Positions 1 to 10,103 of a stretch of DNA of 64,000 nt are shown here, piece by piece (positions within the stretch are counted from its first letter, which is position 1; each line of letters begins with the position of its first letter). Source of the DNA: Candidatus Woesearchaeota archaeon (GTDB lineage: Archaea > Nanobdellota > Nanobdellia > Woesearchaeales > GW2011-AR4); NCBI GenBank assembly GCA_016185945.1, contig JACPMR010000015.1, positions 7,256 to 71,255 of the forward strand, given 5' to 3'. Made by a program: the position numbers and the translations under genes. The notes beneath the pieces were generated by a model. It had not been told where the DNA came from. It saw only the letters and a program-made list of their open reading frames with translations, and made no database searches.

Positions 1-81
1 AACGTTCTTTTTCTTGCTTATTACTTTTACTGCTTTCTTTTTTTTGGATTTATTTGCTTTTTTCGTCTTCCTTTTTGCCAT
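1..81 (-). CDS. 5' end of a gene running off the window; Lys-rich N-terminus (MAKRKTKKANKSKKKKAVKV...)
   Basis: ATG at 81-79 preceded by GGTGA RBS; open frame to the window edge; downstream of the ATP-cone gene in the same orientation. Confidence 0.55.
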   Translation of the reverse strand, partial: MAKRKTKKANKSKKKKAVKVISKKKNV

Positions 82-134
82 TGAATCACCGTTTTTATTT
101 TTAATTTTGCTTAAAATTACATCATTTTTAAATC

Positions 135-449
135 TTACGAAATATCCCTGTGGGTTTCATAAAGAAATGCAGCATCCTCATTATGCTTTTGTAATTCTTC
201 TATCAATTTCCTGAAAATATCATTTGACGAAACAACTTTCTTTGTTTTAATCCATTTTGTAATTGATGAACTGACTTTATTGCATATTTTTTCAGATTCT
301 TGCTCGCTTAAATGAGCGCTCCTGCATGCAAAATAGCACGAGCCGTATACTTTTCTATCATCGTAAATTTCTGTATGCCCTTTTCGCTTTACTATATGCA
401 ATATTGTCTTGTCTTTTGTTTTTTTGATTATTTTTTTTCTTTTTGCCAT
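135..449 (-). CDS. Stand-alone ATP-cone domain protein
   Basis: IVKRKGHTEIYDDRKV...VSSNDIFRKL...AAFLYE matches the ATP-cone pattern. Confidence 0.8.
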   Translation of the reverse strand: MAKRKKIIKKTKDKTILHIVKRKGHTEIYDDRKVYGSCYFACRSAHLSEQESEKICNKVSSSITKWIKTKKVVSSNDIFRKLIEELQKHNEDAAFLYETHRDIS

Positions 450-450
450 T

Positions 451-1158
451 TTAGTTAAATGTTATCGTGCCGTTTGCTATCAATATCAAAAGCCACCCAA
501 GCATAACCAAAATAACGCCTATTGCAAGCCTCATATAGGTTCTGTTGTTTTGCTTCCATCTTTTTATTTGTTGTATTTTGGTTCCTCCATAAACCATTAG
601 TAAAATAACTATGAGAGGCATGACGAAGATTATGTTGTACAATATGAGCATTAAAAATGCCACAAAATTAAAGTTTTGCGATAATAAAAGTAGTATTGCT
701 AAGTATGGTGCGCCTGTGCATGGAAGCTCAACGCCTGCAACAAAAATTCCAAGGAATATGACTCCAGGCAGTGTTATTTTCTTAGTCATTTCATGAATCT
801 GCTTTGCCCTTTCTGGCGGTATTGCAAGTGTAATGCCTTGCCCGTACCAAAAGAAATCCTTAATTTCAATTAAGCCAGCAATCACTATTAACAAACCAAC
901 AACAATTGATATGTATTCGCTTACATAAAGCGGGATAGAGCTTAGAAAGTACAAAATGCCTAATCCAGCTAATATATAAGTAACAAATATCGCAAGAATA
1001 TACAAAAGCCCATGATAAAGCATTTCTTTTTTTGTCTTGAAAGCAATCATTATTGAAACAAGAAGTATTAAAACTCCTATAGCACATGGGTTAATCGAAT
1101 CTATCAAAGCTGTTACTACAACTGTGCCAAGTGTCGGCAGATATGCTTCTACTCCCAT
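451..1158 (-). CDS. CcdA/DsbD-like (cytochrome c biogenesis-type) transmembrane thiol-disulfide protein
   Basis: About 6 TM segments; paired DSINPCA and ELPCTG motifs. Confidence 0.75.
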   Translation of the reverse strand: MGVEAYLPTLGTVVVTALIDSINPCAIGVLILLVSIMIAFKTKKEMLYHGLLYILAIFVTYILAGLGILYFLSSIPLYVSEYISIVVGLLIVIAGLIEIKDFFWYGQGITLAIPPERAKQIHEMTKKITLPGVIFLGIFVAGVELPCTGAPYLAILLLLSQNFNFVAFLMLILYNIIFVMPLIVILLMVYGGTKIQQIKRWKQNNRTYMRLAIGVILVMLGWLLILIANGTITFN

Positions 1159-1159
1159 T

Positions 1160-1906
1160 TTATTTTAGGTAAGGATTTATTTCCTGAACTGGCTTTTCCG
1201 TGAAGATGATTTTTATCCTATCGCCTGGAGGCACTTTTTCGTATGGCGCAATGACATAATCTCCTGGGTTTTGTATTAAATTGCCATTTACAAAGACATA
1301 GAGTTTTGCTGGCTGCTCGTTGCATTTGTCTCCATCATGCATGGAAACTAAGCCATCGTCTGCAGGCATTTTTAATCCGTCATCTGTGATTGAGCCGCCG
1401 ATTGCATAGAAAAATGCGCCTACACTTGCCTGTCTTTCATCCAATATAACTCCCTCAACATGTATTCTCTTGTCTTCATGAGCATGCATTAAATCAACTC
1501 CCTGCTTGTTGGACAACCCTTTTGCTTCAGGAAGGTGCAGTTCTTTGCCACAAACCCATACCTCGAAGTCTGCATGCCAGTGCACAGGACCTTTTGTCAA
1601 TGAAGTTAGGTTAAGATGCAAGGTGGTTATTACAAGGTAAAGGGTTACTATAGCGACAACAATCACAATCAACAAGTAAACTGCTCTTTTATGCAAATCA
1701 TTCATTTTTTTATGAAATAACAATACAACCAAAATCAAAATTCCAAAAGCTATTGAGCCATAGCCAACAACAGCCAACTGGCTTAAAGGGTATAGCTGAG
1801 AATGGTCCAGCATAAATTCTTCTTCTGGCTCACCTTCATGGGCAATAATAGGATATGCAAATAGAATAAAGAGTATAAAAAGCCAAAAAGCCAACCTCTT
1901 TTTCAT
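1160..1906 (-). CDS. Membrane-anchored protein with His/Cys-rich extracellular, probably metal-binding domain
   Basis: Signal-like N-terminus, 2 TMs, HWHADF-x4-C...HAHEDKRIHVEG motif. Confidence 0.6.
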   Translation of the reverse strand: MKKRLAFWLFILFILFAYPIIAHEGEPEEEFMLDHSQLYPLSQLAVVGYGSIAFGILILVVLLFHKKMNDLHKRAVYLLIVIVVAIVTLYLVITTLHLNLTSLTKGPVHWHADFEVWVCGKELHLPEAKGLSNKQGVDLMHAHEDKRIHVEGVILDERQASVGAFFYAIGGSITDDGLKMPADDGLVSMHDGDKCNEQPAKLYVFVNGNLIQNPGDYVIAPYEKVPPGDRIKIIFTEKPVQEINPYLK

Positions 1907-1993
1907 GATGTTTTATTAAAAGTGATATTATTTAAAGGTTGCTATTAGACATTAGGTAAAGATTTTATGATTTTCATTTATTTAAAATAATTT

Positions 1994-2138
1994 CAATCAC
2001 GTAGCGACCCATTTTCTGCTTAAGGTGATATGGGTGCCCCGCATACTTCTGTGGCACTATATTGCTTGCTTTAAAGTGCCTGAAGCACAAGCGGATTACT
2101 TTATTCACTTGTACATTTAAAAGTCGCTCTCGGGATTG
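1994..2138. repeat. Family-1 145-bp dyad-symmetric intergenic element, copy 1 (arm ACCCAT/ATGGGT, core GCACT-N16-AGTGC, arm ACTTT/AAAGT)
   Basis: Termini CAATCACGTAGCGAC / GTCGCTCTCGGGATTG; core 2054-2079 centred on the element; GC-rich with AT-rich flanks. Confidence 0.9.
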
Positions 2139-2257
2139 TTATTTTTATTTTAATGAGATTTTTATTATACTTTTGGAATTAGTTTAATTTTATCAAATTG
2201 GTCCATATATACCAACAAATAAACTTTATAAACTATACTTCTTTCATTTTTGAGTAT

Positions 2258-3496
2258 ATGAATAAGCAGACTTTTAGAAATAAAAACATTGTAATTGGAG
2301 TTACTGGAGGGATTGCATGCTACAAAGTTCTTGACTTGATAAAAGAATTGCGGAACAATGGCGCAGATGCACATGTAATCATGACAGAGAATTCCATGCA
2401 TTTTGTGGATATTAAAGATTTTGAAAAGGCATCTGGAAATGAAGTGCATACAACATTGTTTCATCCAAAGATAAATTATGTTGAATACATCAAGAAAAAC
2501 AAACAAATAAAGCACATTTCATTGGCTGACATTGCTGACTTGTTTCTGGTATGCCCTGCAACTGCCAATATAATAGGGAAAATAGCAAATGGAATTGCAG
2601 ATGATTTGCTTTCCACTTCCATAACTGCAACTATTGCGCCTGTCCTTATATGCCCTGCAATGAATGTCAAGATGTGGAAAAATGCCATTGTGCAGGAGAA
2701 TGTCAAAAAATTAAAATCTTTAAATTATCATTTTGTCGAGCCGGAATATGGGGAACTGGCATGCGGCTATAAAGGGGTTGGGCGGCTTGCAAACTTGAAA
2801 GGGATTATTGAAAGAGTGGGTTTATTGCTTAAACAAAGAAATGATTTGAAAGGGAGAAAAATTCTTGTTACAGCAGGAGCAACTGTTGAGGAAATAGATC
2901 CTGTGAGAGTAATAACGAACAAAAGCTCGGGCAAAATGGGAACAGGCATTGCAGAGCAGGCATTTTTGAGGGGGGCAGATGTTTTTTTATTGAGAGGGTA
3001 TAATTCAATAGAGTCAAACTATAACATCAAAGAAGAAAAATTTACGACAGTGCATGACCTATTTGACAAAATCAAAAAAAACATTAAAAAATTTGGTATT
3101 GTAATACATTCTGCTGCTGTCTCTGACTTTGCAATCAACAATAAGCAAAACAAAAAGATAAAAAGTAACAAAGAACTGCATCTTGAATTAACTCCCACGA
3201 CAAAGATATTTGAAAGGTTAAAGAAATTAAATAAAAGAATATTTCTGGTTGGCTTTAAGGCAGAGTATAATGTCAGCAAAAATGATTTAACAAACAGCGC
3301 TTTTAACCTACTGAAATCTGCCGATGCCGACTTGGTTGTTGCCAATGACGTAGGCAAGACGAACATGGGATTTGATGTTGATACAAATGAGGTTTTTGTT
3401 GTAGACAAAAATAAAAATTTTTTACATATAAAATTAGCTGATAAAAGAATTATTGCTGACAAAATTTTAGATGTTATAGTTGAGAAAATAAAATGA
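2258..3496 (+). CDS. coaBC: Bifunctional phosphopantothenoylcysteine decarboxylase/synthetase CoaBC
   Basis: GVTGGIACYK, PATANIIGKIANGIADD, PAMN, VTAGAT.E.IDPVR.ITNKSSGKMG; start moved to ATG 2258. Confidence 0.97.
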   Translation: MNKQTFRNKNIVIGVTGGIACYKVLDLIKELRNNGADAHVIMTENSMHFVDIKDFEKASGNEVHTTLFHPKINYVEYIKKNKQIKHISLADIADLFLVCPATANIIGKIANGIADDLLSTSITATIAPVLICPAMNVKMWKNAIVQENVKKLKSLNYHFVEPEYGELACGYKGVGRLANLKGIIERVGLLLKQRNDLKGRKILVTAGATVEEIDPVRVITNKSSGKMGTGIAEQAFLRGADVFLLRGYNSIESNYNIKEEKFTTVHDLFDKIKKNIKKFGIVIHSAAVSDFAINNKQNKKIKSNKELHLELTPTTKIFERLKKLNKRIFLVGFKAEYNVSKNDLTNSAFNLLKSADADLVVANDVGKTNMGFDVDTNEVFVVDKNKNFLHIKLADKRIIADKILDVIVEKIK

Positions 3497-4329
3497 TTTC
3501 TGCAAAAGCATTTGCGCCTGCAAACATAAGCTGCGTATTCAAGATTCACGAGCACAAAAACCCGAGATGGATGGGCTCTTACGGGTTTGGTTTTACATTG
3601 AATAAAGGTGTTATTGTTGAGGTTTCAAAAGCAAAAAGGACAGAGGTTGTGTTCAACAACCATTCTATAAGTTTTCCTACTGTAAAAAGTGTTGTTGAAG
3701 AATTAGCCAAAGAAAAATTGAGGGTTTATATTAAATCGGAACTGCCTCTTGGCTGCGGATTTGGGTTAAGCGGGGCAAGTGCTTTGGCAACAGCTTATGC
3801 AATTAATAAATTGTTAAAATTAGGAAAAACAAACAAAGAATTGGCAGTCACGGCACATACTGCAGAAGTCGAAAATAGAACTGGTTTAGGAGATGTTGTA
3901 AATCAATATTATGGAGGATTTTGCGTTAAGTTCAAGCCGAGCTCTTATTTTATTGTTGAGAAAATAACATTAAATAATATTAATGTTTATTGCAAATATT
4001 TTAGCAAAATATCAACTAAATCAATAATAACAAATGCAAAAATAAAAAATAAAATAAATGATGCCGCCTCAATTGCATTGGATAAAATAAAACAATTATT
4101 AAAATTTAACAAAAACATTCAACTTAAACAAATAATAAAAATATCAAAGGAATTTGCTGTGAATAGCAAATTATTAATGGATAAAAAAACAATTCAAATA
4201 ATTAGAGAGATAGAAAAAAATAATGGGAATGCATCGATGATAATGCTAGGGAATGCTGTTTTTAGTGATAAAAAGTTTAGAGGCTCAATAAAATTAAAAA
4301 TATCAGATAGAGGCGCACATTTGTTATGA
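3493..4329 (+). CDS. Pantoate kinase (GHMP family)
   Basis: PLGCGFGLSGA GHMP motif, AHTAEVENRTGLGDV; lies between coaBC and PPS. Confidence 0.92.
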   Translation: MISAKAFAPANISCVFKIHEHKNPRWMGSYGFGFTLNKGVIVEVSKAKRTEVVFNNHSISFPTVKSVVEELAKEKLRVYIKSELPLGCGFGLSGASALATAYAINKLLKLGKTNKELAVTAHTAEVENRTGLGDVVNQYYGGFCVKFKPSSYFIVEKITLNNINVYCKYFSKISTKSIITNAKIKNKINDAASIALDKIKQLLKFNKNIQLKQIIKISKEFAVNSKLLMDKKTIQIIREIEKNNGNASMIMLGNAVFSDKKFRGSIKLKISDRGAHLL

Positions 4330-5021
4330 AAGTTCCAAAATCACATCCAAGATATATTTCATTAAAAACAAGGGATTTGATAGCTGATGGAGTAGAAAAA
4401 GGAATAACATCAATTCATGGACTGATTGCGCATGGAAGAGGTGAGGCATTTGACTATTTGCTTGGTGAGAAAACAACTGATGCTGCAAAAAAATCAATTG
4501 AAGCGGCTGCAGCAATGTTATTATTGGCAAAAAATCCGGTTATTTCTGTAAATGGAAATGCTGCAGTATTAGTTCCAAAAGAGTTGGTTAAATTATCAAA
4601 TTTATTGAATGCTCCGCTTGAAGTCAATATTTTTCATCAATCGAAGCAAAGAGAAATAAAAATAAAAAAACATCTTGAAAAACATGGAGCAAGAAATGTT
4701 TTATTGCCCGACAAAAAATATAAAATAAAGTTTCTTGAGTCAAACAGAAAATATGTAAACCCCCATGGGATTTTAAAGGCAGATGTTGTCTTTGTTCCTT
4801 TGGAAGACGGCGACAGGGCAGAGGCATTAATCAAGAATGGAAAAAAAGTTGTAACTATTGATTTAAATCCATTGTCTAGGACAGCGCAGAAAGCAACAAT
4901 AACTATTGTGGATAATATAACAAGAGCGATGCCTTTGTTAATAAAAAAGATACAACAATATAAAAAATATGATAATAAAAAAAGTTTAAAGCAATCATCA
5001 AAAATTATAAAATCGTTCTAA
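4326..5021 (+). CDS. 4-phosphopantoate--beta-alanine ligase (phosphopantothenate synthetase)
   Basis: HPRY.SL, GLIAHGRGEAFDYLLGE, VPLEDGDR, IDLNPLSRT. Confidence 0.96.
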   Translation: MKVPKSHPRYISLKTRDLIADGVEKGITSIHGLIAHGRGEAFDYLLGEKTTDAAKKSIEAAAAMLLLAKNPVISVNGNAAVLVPKELVKLSNLLNAPLEVNIFHQSKQREIKIKKHLEKHGARNVLLPDKKYKIKFLESNRKYVNPHGILKADVVFVPLEDGDRAEALIKNGKKVVTIDLNPLSRTAQKATITIVDNITRAMPLLIKKIQQYKKYDNKKSLKQSSKIIKSF

Positions 5022-5075
5022 AAACCCAAGAATAGCAATATTTAAATACCTATTTCTTAAAGAATAAACGCGATT

Positions 5076-7148
5076 ATGGTAAAGCGCATGGACATTCTGG
5101 AATGGGTTTTTAGGGAAAGGCCTTGGGAACAGCAATTGTCCGAGGTTGAGGCGCTAAGAAGCTCTATTAAGGCACAATTGATATTATTTGATGATTTGTG
5201 GAGAGCTCATCAAACAAAGTTATCAGCAATAAAAGCAATAGCCGAAGGATATCTTCCTTATTTAAAAGATATTCCAGAATTAAATAACATAATAATAACT
5301 AATTTTAAGAAAATACTAGAAGGGATAAATTTCAAAGTTCTGATTAAAAAAATTTTGTACGAATCTACTGAAAGACTGCATGAGATTGAAGTTTTTGTTT
5401 GGAGATATGGTGGAGCAAGTCTTCCAGCATGGGATCCTACTACTGGGGAAAAGATTGTACCAAAAGTGGAAATAAAACCCTATAATATAGAAAGTGCAAA
5501 AAGAGCAATATGGAGCATTGTGAAAGACAAACAAGAGTTGGAAGATTTCATTAGAGATGCCTCAAAACAATTGCTGCCGGAGTTAGAAGCATTAAAGAAA
5601 CTTTACAATGAACAACTAGAACCATTCTTGAGGGAACAGTCAGACAAGGCTGGAAGCGGCATATGGACTGGTTTTAATACAGATGAAAATGAAAGATATT
5701 GGAAGCAAGAAGGTGAAATTATTTTACAAATGAAGAGGATTCTAAGTGACATAATAAATAAGACAATTGTAATGGCTAGACTATGGAGCAGAGTAGAGAT
5801 TGAGGAGCTAAAAACAAAAGAAGAATTCATAAAAGAAGTAGGACAAAAAGTAAGAAAAAAAGTGGGGGTTATGCTGATATCTCAAATATCAGGAACACCT
5901 TATCAAATGAGTGAATTTGAGAATTTCCTAAAAAGCATGGGCTACATAACCTATAATGTAAGGCTTCCTGGACATGCAACTTCTTTAGAGGAATTGTTTA
6001 ATACGCCAGTTGACGAAATTGAAAGATTTTTAATAAGCCAATTCAATTTTTTCTATCAAGCTATGAAAAAAATAAACAATGGTGACGGCAGATTTTATAT
6101 TGCAGGAAATTCCCTTGGCGCTATGATGCCATTACATATAATGGCAAAAAGCTGGAAAGTCGCCATAAAAACAGAAAACTCAGCTAAAAAATTTAATGAA
6201 AAAATTGGTGAAACTGTGACAATACACCCTTATCAAGATATGGTTAAAGGAATTATTTCAATCTCGGCAGCAACAAGCCTTGCCGCAGGTCCACTTCCAT
6301 TTGGAGTTGGGCCACCTATGATTAATCTTGGTACAAAGGTAGCAAAAAATCCTATTGCCTCAAAAATATTAACGCCTATAATGGCTCTTTTAGCAGGCAG
6401 AAAAATACGCAAAGAAGGCATAGTAGATTATGCGGGTTCTGTACATATAAAGATTGAGGGGATTAAGAAAAGAATAGACCCTGACCTCGAACCTGATAGA
6501 TTTTATGAAGCGGTAAGAAATGAGATTAAGCCACTAATTCAAGGAATTTACAGAAAAAAGATAGCTAAAATCAATAATCTAAAACTCAAGAACATAATAA
6601 ATAAAAAGATTGAGGAGATTAAACAAGAAATCAACCCAAATCTTTATCCTGATAGATTTTATGAAACAGCAAAGAAAGAGATTGAATTAATTAGAGAGAC
6701 TTTTAGAGGAATGTCAACTGAGATTAGCGAGATGGAACTTAACAGTATGGTTGAACAGGTAATAGATAATGTAAAAAAGGGACTACATGCATTTGCTGGC
6801 GAAAGTTTGATGGGTGTAAGGCCACTACAAGAAAAAATGCGTGGACAGTCTGTTAAAACATTACTAGGCGGTGTATCCAAATTAATATCACAATTAAGGG
6901 AAGATGTAAAACATATTTATATACCGATTCTTATACTTCAGGGACTTCATGACAGTATAACCCACCCTTCAAGCGCAGATTATATTTATAATAATGTTAA
7001 AACAAATCCAAAATTCAAGAAAAAAAGAATGTTAGAAGGTTCAGGACACACGCCACAGTTAGACTTCGATAAAGATATAGTGTTCGAAGAATCTGTCAAA
7101 TTTATTGAGATGGTAGAAGAAAGTGAAAAAGTGCCTGTATATGGCTAA
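5076..7148 (+). CDS. Large alpha/beta-hydrolase (carboxylesterase/lysophospholipase-like) with a helical N-terminal extension and a duplicated cap segment
   Basis: RLPGH, GNSLG nucleophile elbow, PILILQGLHD, GSGH. Confidence 0.7.
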   Translation: MVKRMDILEWVFRERPWEQQLSEVEALRSSIKAQLILFDDLWRAHQTKLSAIKAIAEGYLPYLKDIPELNNIIITNFKKILEGINFKVLIKKILYESTERLHEIEVFVWRYGGASLPAWDPTTGEKIVPKVEIKPYNIESAKRAIWSIVKDKQELEDFIRDASKQLLPELEALKKLYNEQLEPFLREQSDKAGSGIWTGFNTDENERYWKQEGEIILQMKRILSDIINKTIVMARLWSRVEIEELKTKEEFIKEVGQKVRKKVGVMLISQISGTPYQMSEFENFLKSMGYITYNVRLPGHATSLEELFNTPVDEIERFLISQFNFFYQAMKKINNGDGRFYIAGNSLGAMMPLHIMAKSWKVAIKTENSAKKFNEKIGETVTIHPYQDMVKGIISISAATSLAAGPLPFGVGPPMINLGTKVAKNPIASKILTPIMALLAGRKIRKEGIVDYAGSVHIKIEGIKKRIDPDLEPDRFYEAVRNEIKPLIQGIYRKKIAKINNLKLKNIINKKIEEIKQEINPNLYPDRFYETAKKEIELIRETFRGMSTEISEMELNSMVEQVIDNVKKGLHAFAGESLMGVRPLQEKMRGQSVKTLLGGVSKLISQLREDVKHIYIPILILQGLHDSITHPSSADYIYNNVKTNPKFKKKRMLEGSGHTPQLDFDKDIVFEESVKFIEMVEESEKVPVYG

Positions 7149-7158
7149 TGGAATAATT

Positions 7159-7815
7159 TTAAGCTATATGCTTCAAAATCTCACTTAAATCCTTCTTGTC
7201 TATGCAGACATTTGCAACCCTTTTTACTTCGTCGTGCATACAGTTAAATGCAATTCCAAGTCCAGCCTCTTGCATAATTTTTATATCATTTAAATAGTCG
7301 CCGACAAAAACACATTCCTTCAAGCTGATTTTTTCCCGTTCTGCTATTTTTTTAAGAGCCAATGCTTTTGCTTCCATGTCAAACTCTGTTGCTTCCACTT
7401 TAGCGATATTGCCATGCTTATCAAAGTGAATTTTGCTTATGAAGACATCATCAAAAAATTCCCCATAGTTGGGTATAAATTTTTCAAGAACAACATTCAA
7501 AGAGCCTGATATAACTGCAAGTTTTAGTCCTCTTTTTTTAAGCTCATTTAATGTGTCCATTGCACCTTCCATAAGCTTTAGATTGCTCATTGCCTTAAAG
7601 AAATCTTCTTTTTTTGCATTTTTTTCCTTCCATAAGTTTATGTCATGCTCTGCCCACTGCAAATAACTTATCTGTCCATTGAGAAACCTGCTTTTTGCGT
7701 CTTCCCTTCTGTGCCTGTCTGTCTGGAAATAGTCATGGAAAACCTGCCAAGAGAACTTAACATTGTCTATTAAAGTACCGTCAACGTCAAAGCAAACTAA
7801 CTTGTATTTTGGCAT
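7159..7815 (-). CDS. HAD-superfamily phosphatase, SerB-like
   Basis: FDVDGTL, ISGS, VGDYLND, AGLGIAFN. Confidence 0.85.
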   Translation of the reverse strand: MPKYKLVCFDVDGTLIDNVKFSWQVFHDYFQTDRHRREDAKSRFLNGQISYLQWAEHDINLWKEKNAKKEDFFKAMSNLKLMEGAMDTLNELKKRGLKLAVISGSLNVVLEKFIPNYGEFFDDVFISKIHFDKHGNIAKVEATEFDMEAKALALKKIAEREKISLKECVFVGDYLNDIKIMQEAGLGIAFNCMHDEVKRVANVCIDKKDLSEILKHIA

Positions 7816-7849
7816 TTTTGGAATAAAATGGATTTTTTCTTATTACTAT

Positions 7850-8686
7850 TTAGTACATCCCCTTCTTGAAAAAATTTGTTTCGGTGACAAAATCTTTAGT
7901 CTTATTTTCTATTTGGATTAATTCTTCTTTACTAAGTTGATTGAAATTTTTGGCAAGATTTGCATTTTCCTGCACTTCTGGCGGAGTTTTGCACCCAATT
8001 ATTGCCAAGTCAACATCTTGGCTTAGCGCGTAATAGAAGGCTTCTTTCATCGTGATTGAAGACAATGCATTTCTTTGTGCTGTTACCTTCATTGCTATAA
8101 CACCCATTCCTTTCTTTCTAGCTTCTGGAATTACAGAGCTGATAAAAGGCATATAATGAGAATCTCCAGCATTAACACAAAGTAATACAGTATCAAAGCT
8201 GTATCTTCTTATTGCTTCAATAAGAATTTTAGGATCGTGATGTCCTGTAATCCCAATAAACCTTGCTTTACCTTGTTTTTTTGCATCTTCCAATGCATAA
8301 ATTGCTCCATTGCTTGAAAATATTTCATCAATATCCTCTTTTGTGCGCAAATCGTGGAGTTGCAATAAATCAAGATAGTTTGTTTTTAATCTCCTTAATG
8401 AATCTTCGAGAAGCAGCATTGTTCCTTCATAGCCTCTGTCATGCGTTTTTGAAGCCAGGAAAATCTGCTCGCGCTTTGCAAACTTCCATAAATATGCTCC
8501 GAGATAGTCGCGACTTTGCTGGTAGGCAGGGGCAGTATCAAAATAATTAACTCCAACCTCAACTGCTTTTTTAATTACAGCCTCTGCTTCTTTGAAATAC
8601 CCAGTTGTTCTTAAAATTCCCTCTCCACCAAGCCCGAAAATTGTTGCTTGATGCTTGGTTTTGCCTAGTGCTCTGTATGGAAGCAT
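7850..8686 (-). CDS. Aldo/keto reductase
   Basis: YRALGKT, GVNYFDTAPAY, LASKT, SLRRLKTNYLDLLQLH; start moved to ATG 8686. Confidence 0.92.
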   Translation of the reverse strand: MLPYRALGKTKHQATIFGLGGEGILRTTGYFKEAEAVIKKAVEVGVNYFDTAPAYQQSRDYLGAYLWKFAKREQIFLASKTHDRGYEGTMLLLEDSLRRLKTNYLDLLQLHDLRTKEDIDEIFSSNGAIYALEDAKKQGKARFIGITGHHDPKILIEAIRRYSFDTVLLCVNAGDSHYMPFISSVIPEARKKGMGVIAMKVTAQRNALSSITMKEAFYYALSQDVDLAIIGCKTPPEVQENANLAKNFNQLSKEELIQIENKTKDFVTETNFFKKGMY

Positions 8687-8792
8687 ATTCTTATTTAAAG
8701 AGAATTGATACTTAAAGTTTGTGGAATACCATTGCAGTCGTCTGATATAAAAATGCAGATAATAAATAAAATTTATAATGATTGTATTTGAT

Positions 8793-9104
8793 TCAACAAA
8801 ACCTGCCAAACTCTTCCTTCATGTCATAAAATATCTCGCAGAATTTTCTTGTTGCAGCCTTAAGCTCCTTTTGCCCCTTTTTAGTAAGCTTGTATTTCTT
8901 CTCCTTGCCGCTGTCCTTTACCTCTTGTATAAAGCCGCTCTCGCTTAATGCCTTAAGCACGGGATATATTGTTCCGGGGCTCGGCTTTGCGCCTTTTCTC
9001 TTTTTCATTTCTTTCCTGATGTCTTCCCCAGACATGTTTTTTTTGGATATAAGCCTCAATACTATAAAGCTCAGGAACCCCCTCATGTCACAGCATTCTC
9101 TCAT
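8793..9104 (-). CDS. PadR-family transcriptional regulator
   Basis: PSPGTIYPVLKAL...KKYKLTKKG wHTH. Confidence 0.92.
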   Translation of the reverse strand: MRECCDMRGFLSFIVLRLISKKNMSGEDIRKEMKKRKGAKPSPGTIYPVLKALSESGFIQEVKDSGKEKKYKLTKKGQKELKAATRKFCEIFYDMKEEFGRFC

Positions 9105-9148
9105 GCAACTTAATATTTTTAGGGTGTTTATAAATTTTTACCCATTAT

Positions 9149-9211
9149 TGTATCGTATAACCGATACATTTATATATTACCTCATACTACAAATATCGTA
9201 TATCCGATATT
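9149..9211. promoter_or_regulatory. Two palindromic operators (TATCG-N6-CGATA) flanking a TATA box; probable PadR sites
   Basis: TGTATCGTATAACCGATACA 9149-9168 and AATATCGTATATCCGATATT 9192-9211 around TTTATATA, in the divergent padR intergenic region. Confidence 0.7.
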
Positions 9212-9229
9212 AATATGGAGGTGCTAAAA

Positions 9230-9370
9230 ATGGAAACTTGCGGATGCTACGGGACAAGAAGCTTCTTCACAAAGGATGAGAAGATAGAAATGCTTAAGGA
9301 GTACAAGGGATCCCTTGAGAAAGAAGCCAAAGGAGTTGGAGAAAGGATAAAACAACTGGAAAAAGAGTAA
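9230..9370 (+). CDS. 46-aa Cys-containing coiled-coil microprotein (DUF5320-like), missed by the ORF track
   Basis: GGAGGTG RBS; METCGCYGTRSFFTKDEKIEMLKEYKGSLEKEAKGVGERIKQLEKE*. Confidence 0.75.
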   Translation: METCGCYGTRSFFTKDEKIEMLKEYKGSLEKEAKGVGERIKQLEKE

Positions 9371-9457
9371 TATCCTTATGTTAGAAGGCTTTAAATGCAG
9401 GCTGGATTTACACCCTCTTTTTCCAGCTTGCTAAATTTTTTTAACTTGGAGTGAAAA

Positions 9458-10087
9458 ATGGAGAGAATTATGGAGTTTAATATGGATTTCGGAACTATAG
9501 TCAAGGAAAGGTACGCAACAAAATTATTTGATGGAAAAAAGATACCTGAAGATAAAGTTAATGAGTTAATAGAAATAATAAGATATGCTCCTTCTTCTTT
9601 CAACATACAGCCGTGGAAGATAATTGCAGTAACCGATTCAAAAATTAAGGAAAAGCTTTCACCAGCATCATGGAACCAGCCGCAGATAACTTCCTGCTCT
9701 CGTCTGCTTGTTTTCTGTGCAAACAAGGATATTGCAGGCAACATAGACAAGCTTGAAGAATTGATGATTAAGGCAGGCGCAAAGCCAGAGGATATCAAGC
9801 CATATGTTGACATGATGCGGGGATTTGAAAAAAGCTTGAATGACGAGCAGAAATTAAGCTGGGCTCAAAGGCAAATGTTTCTTGCTTTGGGGAATGCTGT
9901 CAATGGAGCAAAATCACTTGGCTTTGACTCATGCCCGATGGAGGGCTTTAATCCAGAAGAATATGCAAAAATTCTTAAGCTACCAGATAATTTAGTTCCC
10001 ACTGCATTATGCCCGATTGGATATGCGGCAGACAAGCCAAAAACAAAATTTAGGTTTTCTGAGGAAGAGGTATTTGTCTATAAGTGA
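9458..10087 (+). CDS. NAD(P)H nitroreductase
   Basis: RYATKLFD, APSSFNIQPW, DSCPMEGF; start may be a downstream ATG. Confidence 0.93.
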   Translation: MERIMEFNMDFGTIVKERYATKLFDGKKIPEDKVNELIEIIRYAPSSFNIQPWKIIAVTDSKIKEKLSPASWNQPQITSCSRLLVFCANKDIAGNIDKLEELMIKAGAKPEDIKPYVDMMRGFEKSLNDEQKLSWAQRQMFLALGNAVNGAKSLGFDSCPMEGFNPEEYAKILKLPDNLVPTALCPIGYAADKPKTKFRFSEEEVFVYK

Positions 10088-10103
10088 AAGAAGGGAATGT
10101 GAA

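Noticed and set aside
1994..2138. Interpreting family-1 elements as tRNA, SRP RNA, RNase P RNA or a riboswitch
   Set aside because: No T-loop, anticodon or other known conserved motifs; orientation is independent of adjacent genes
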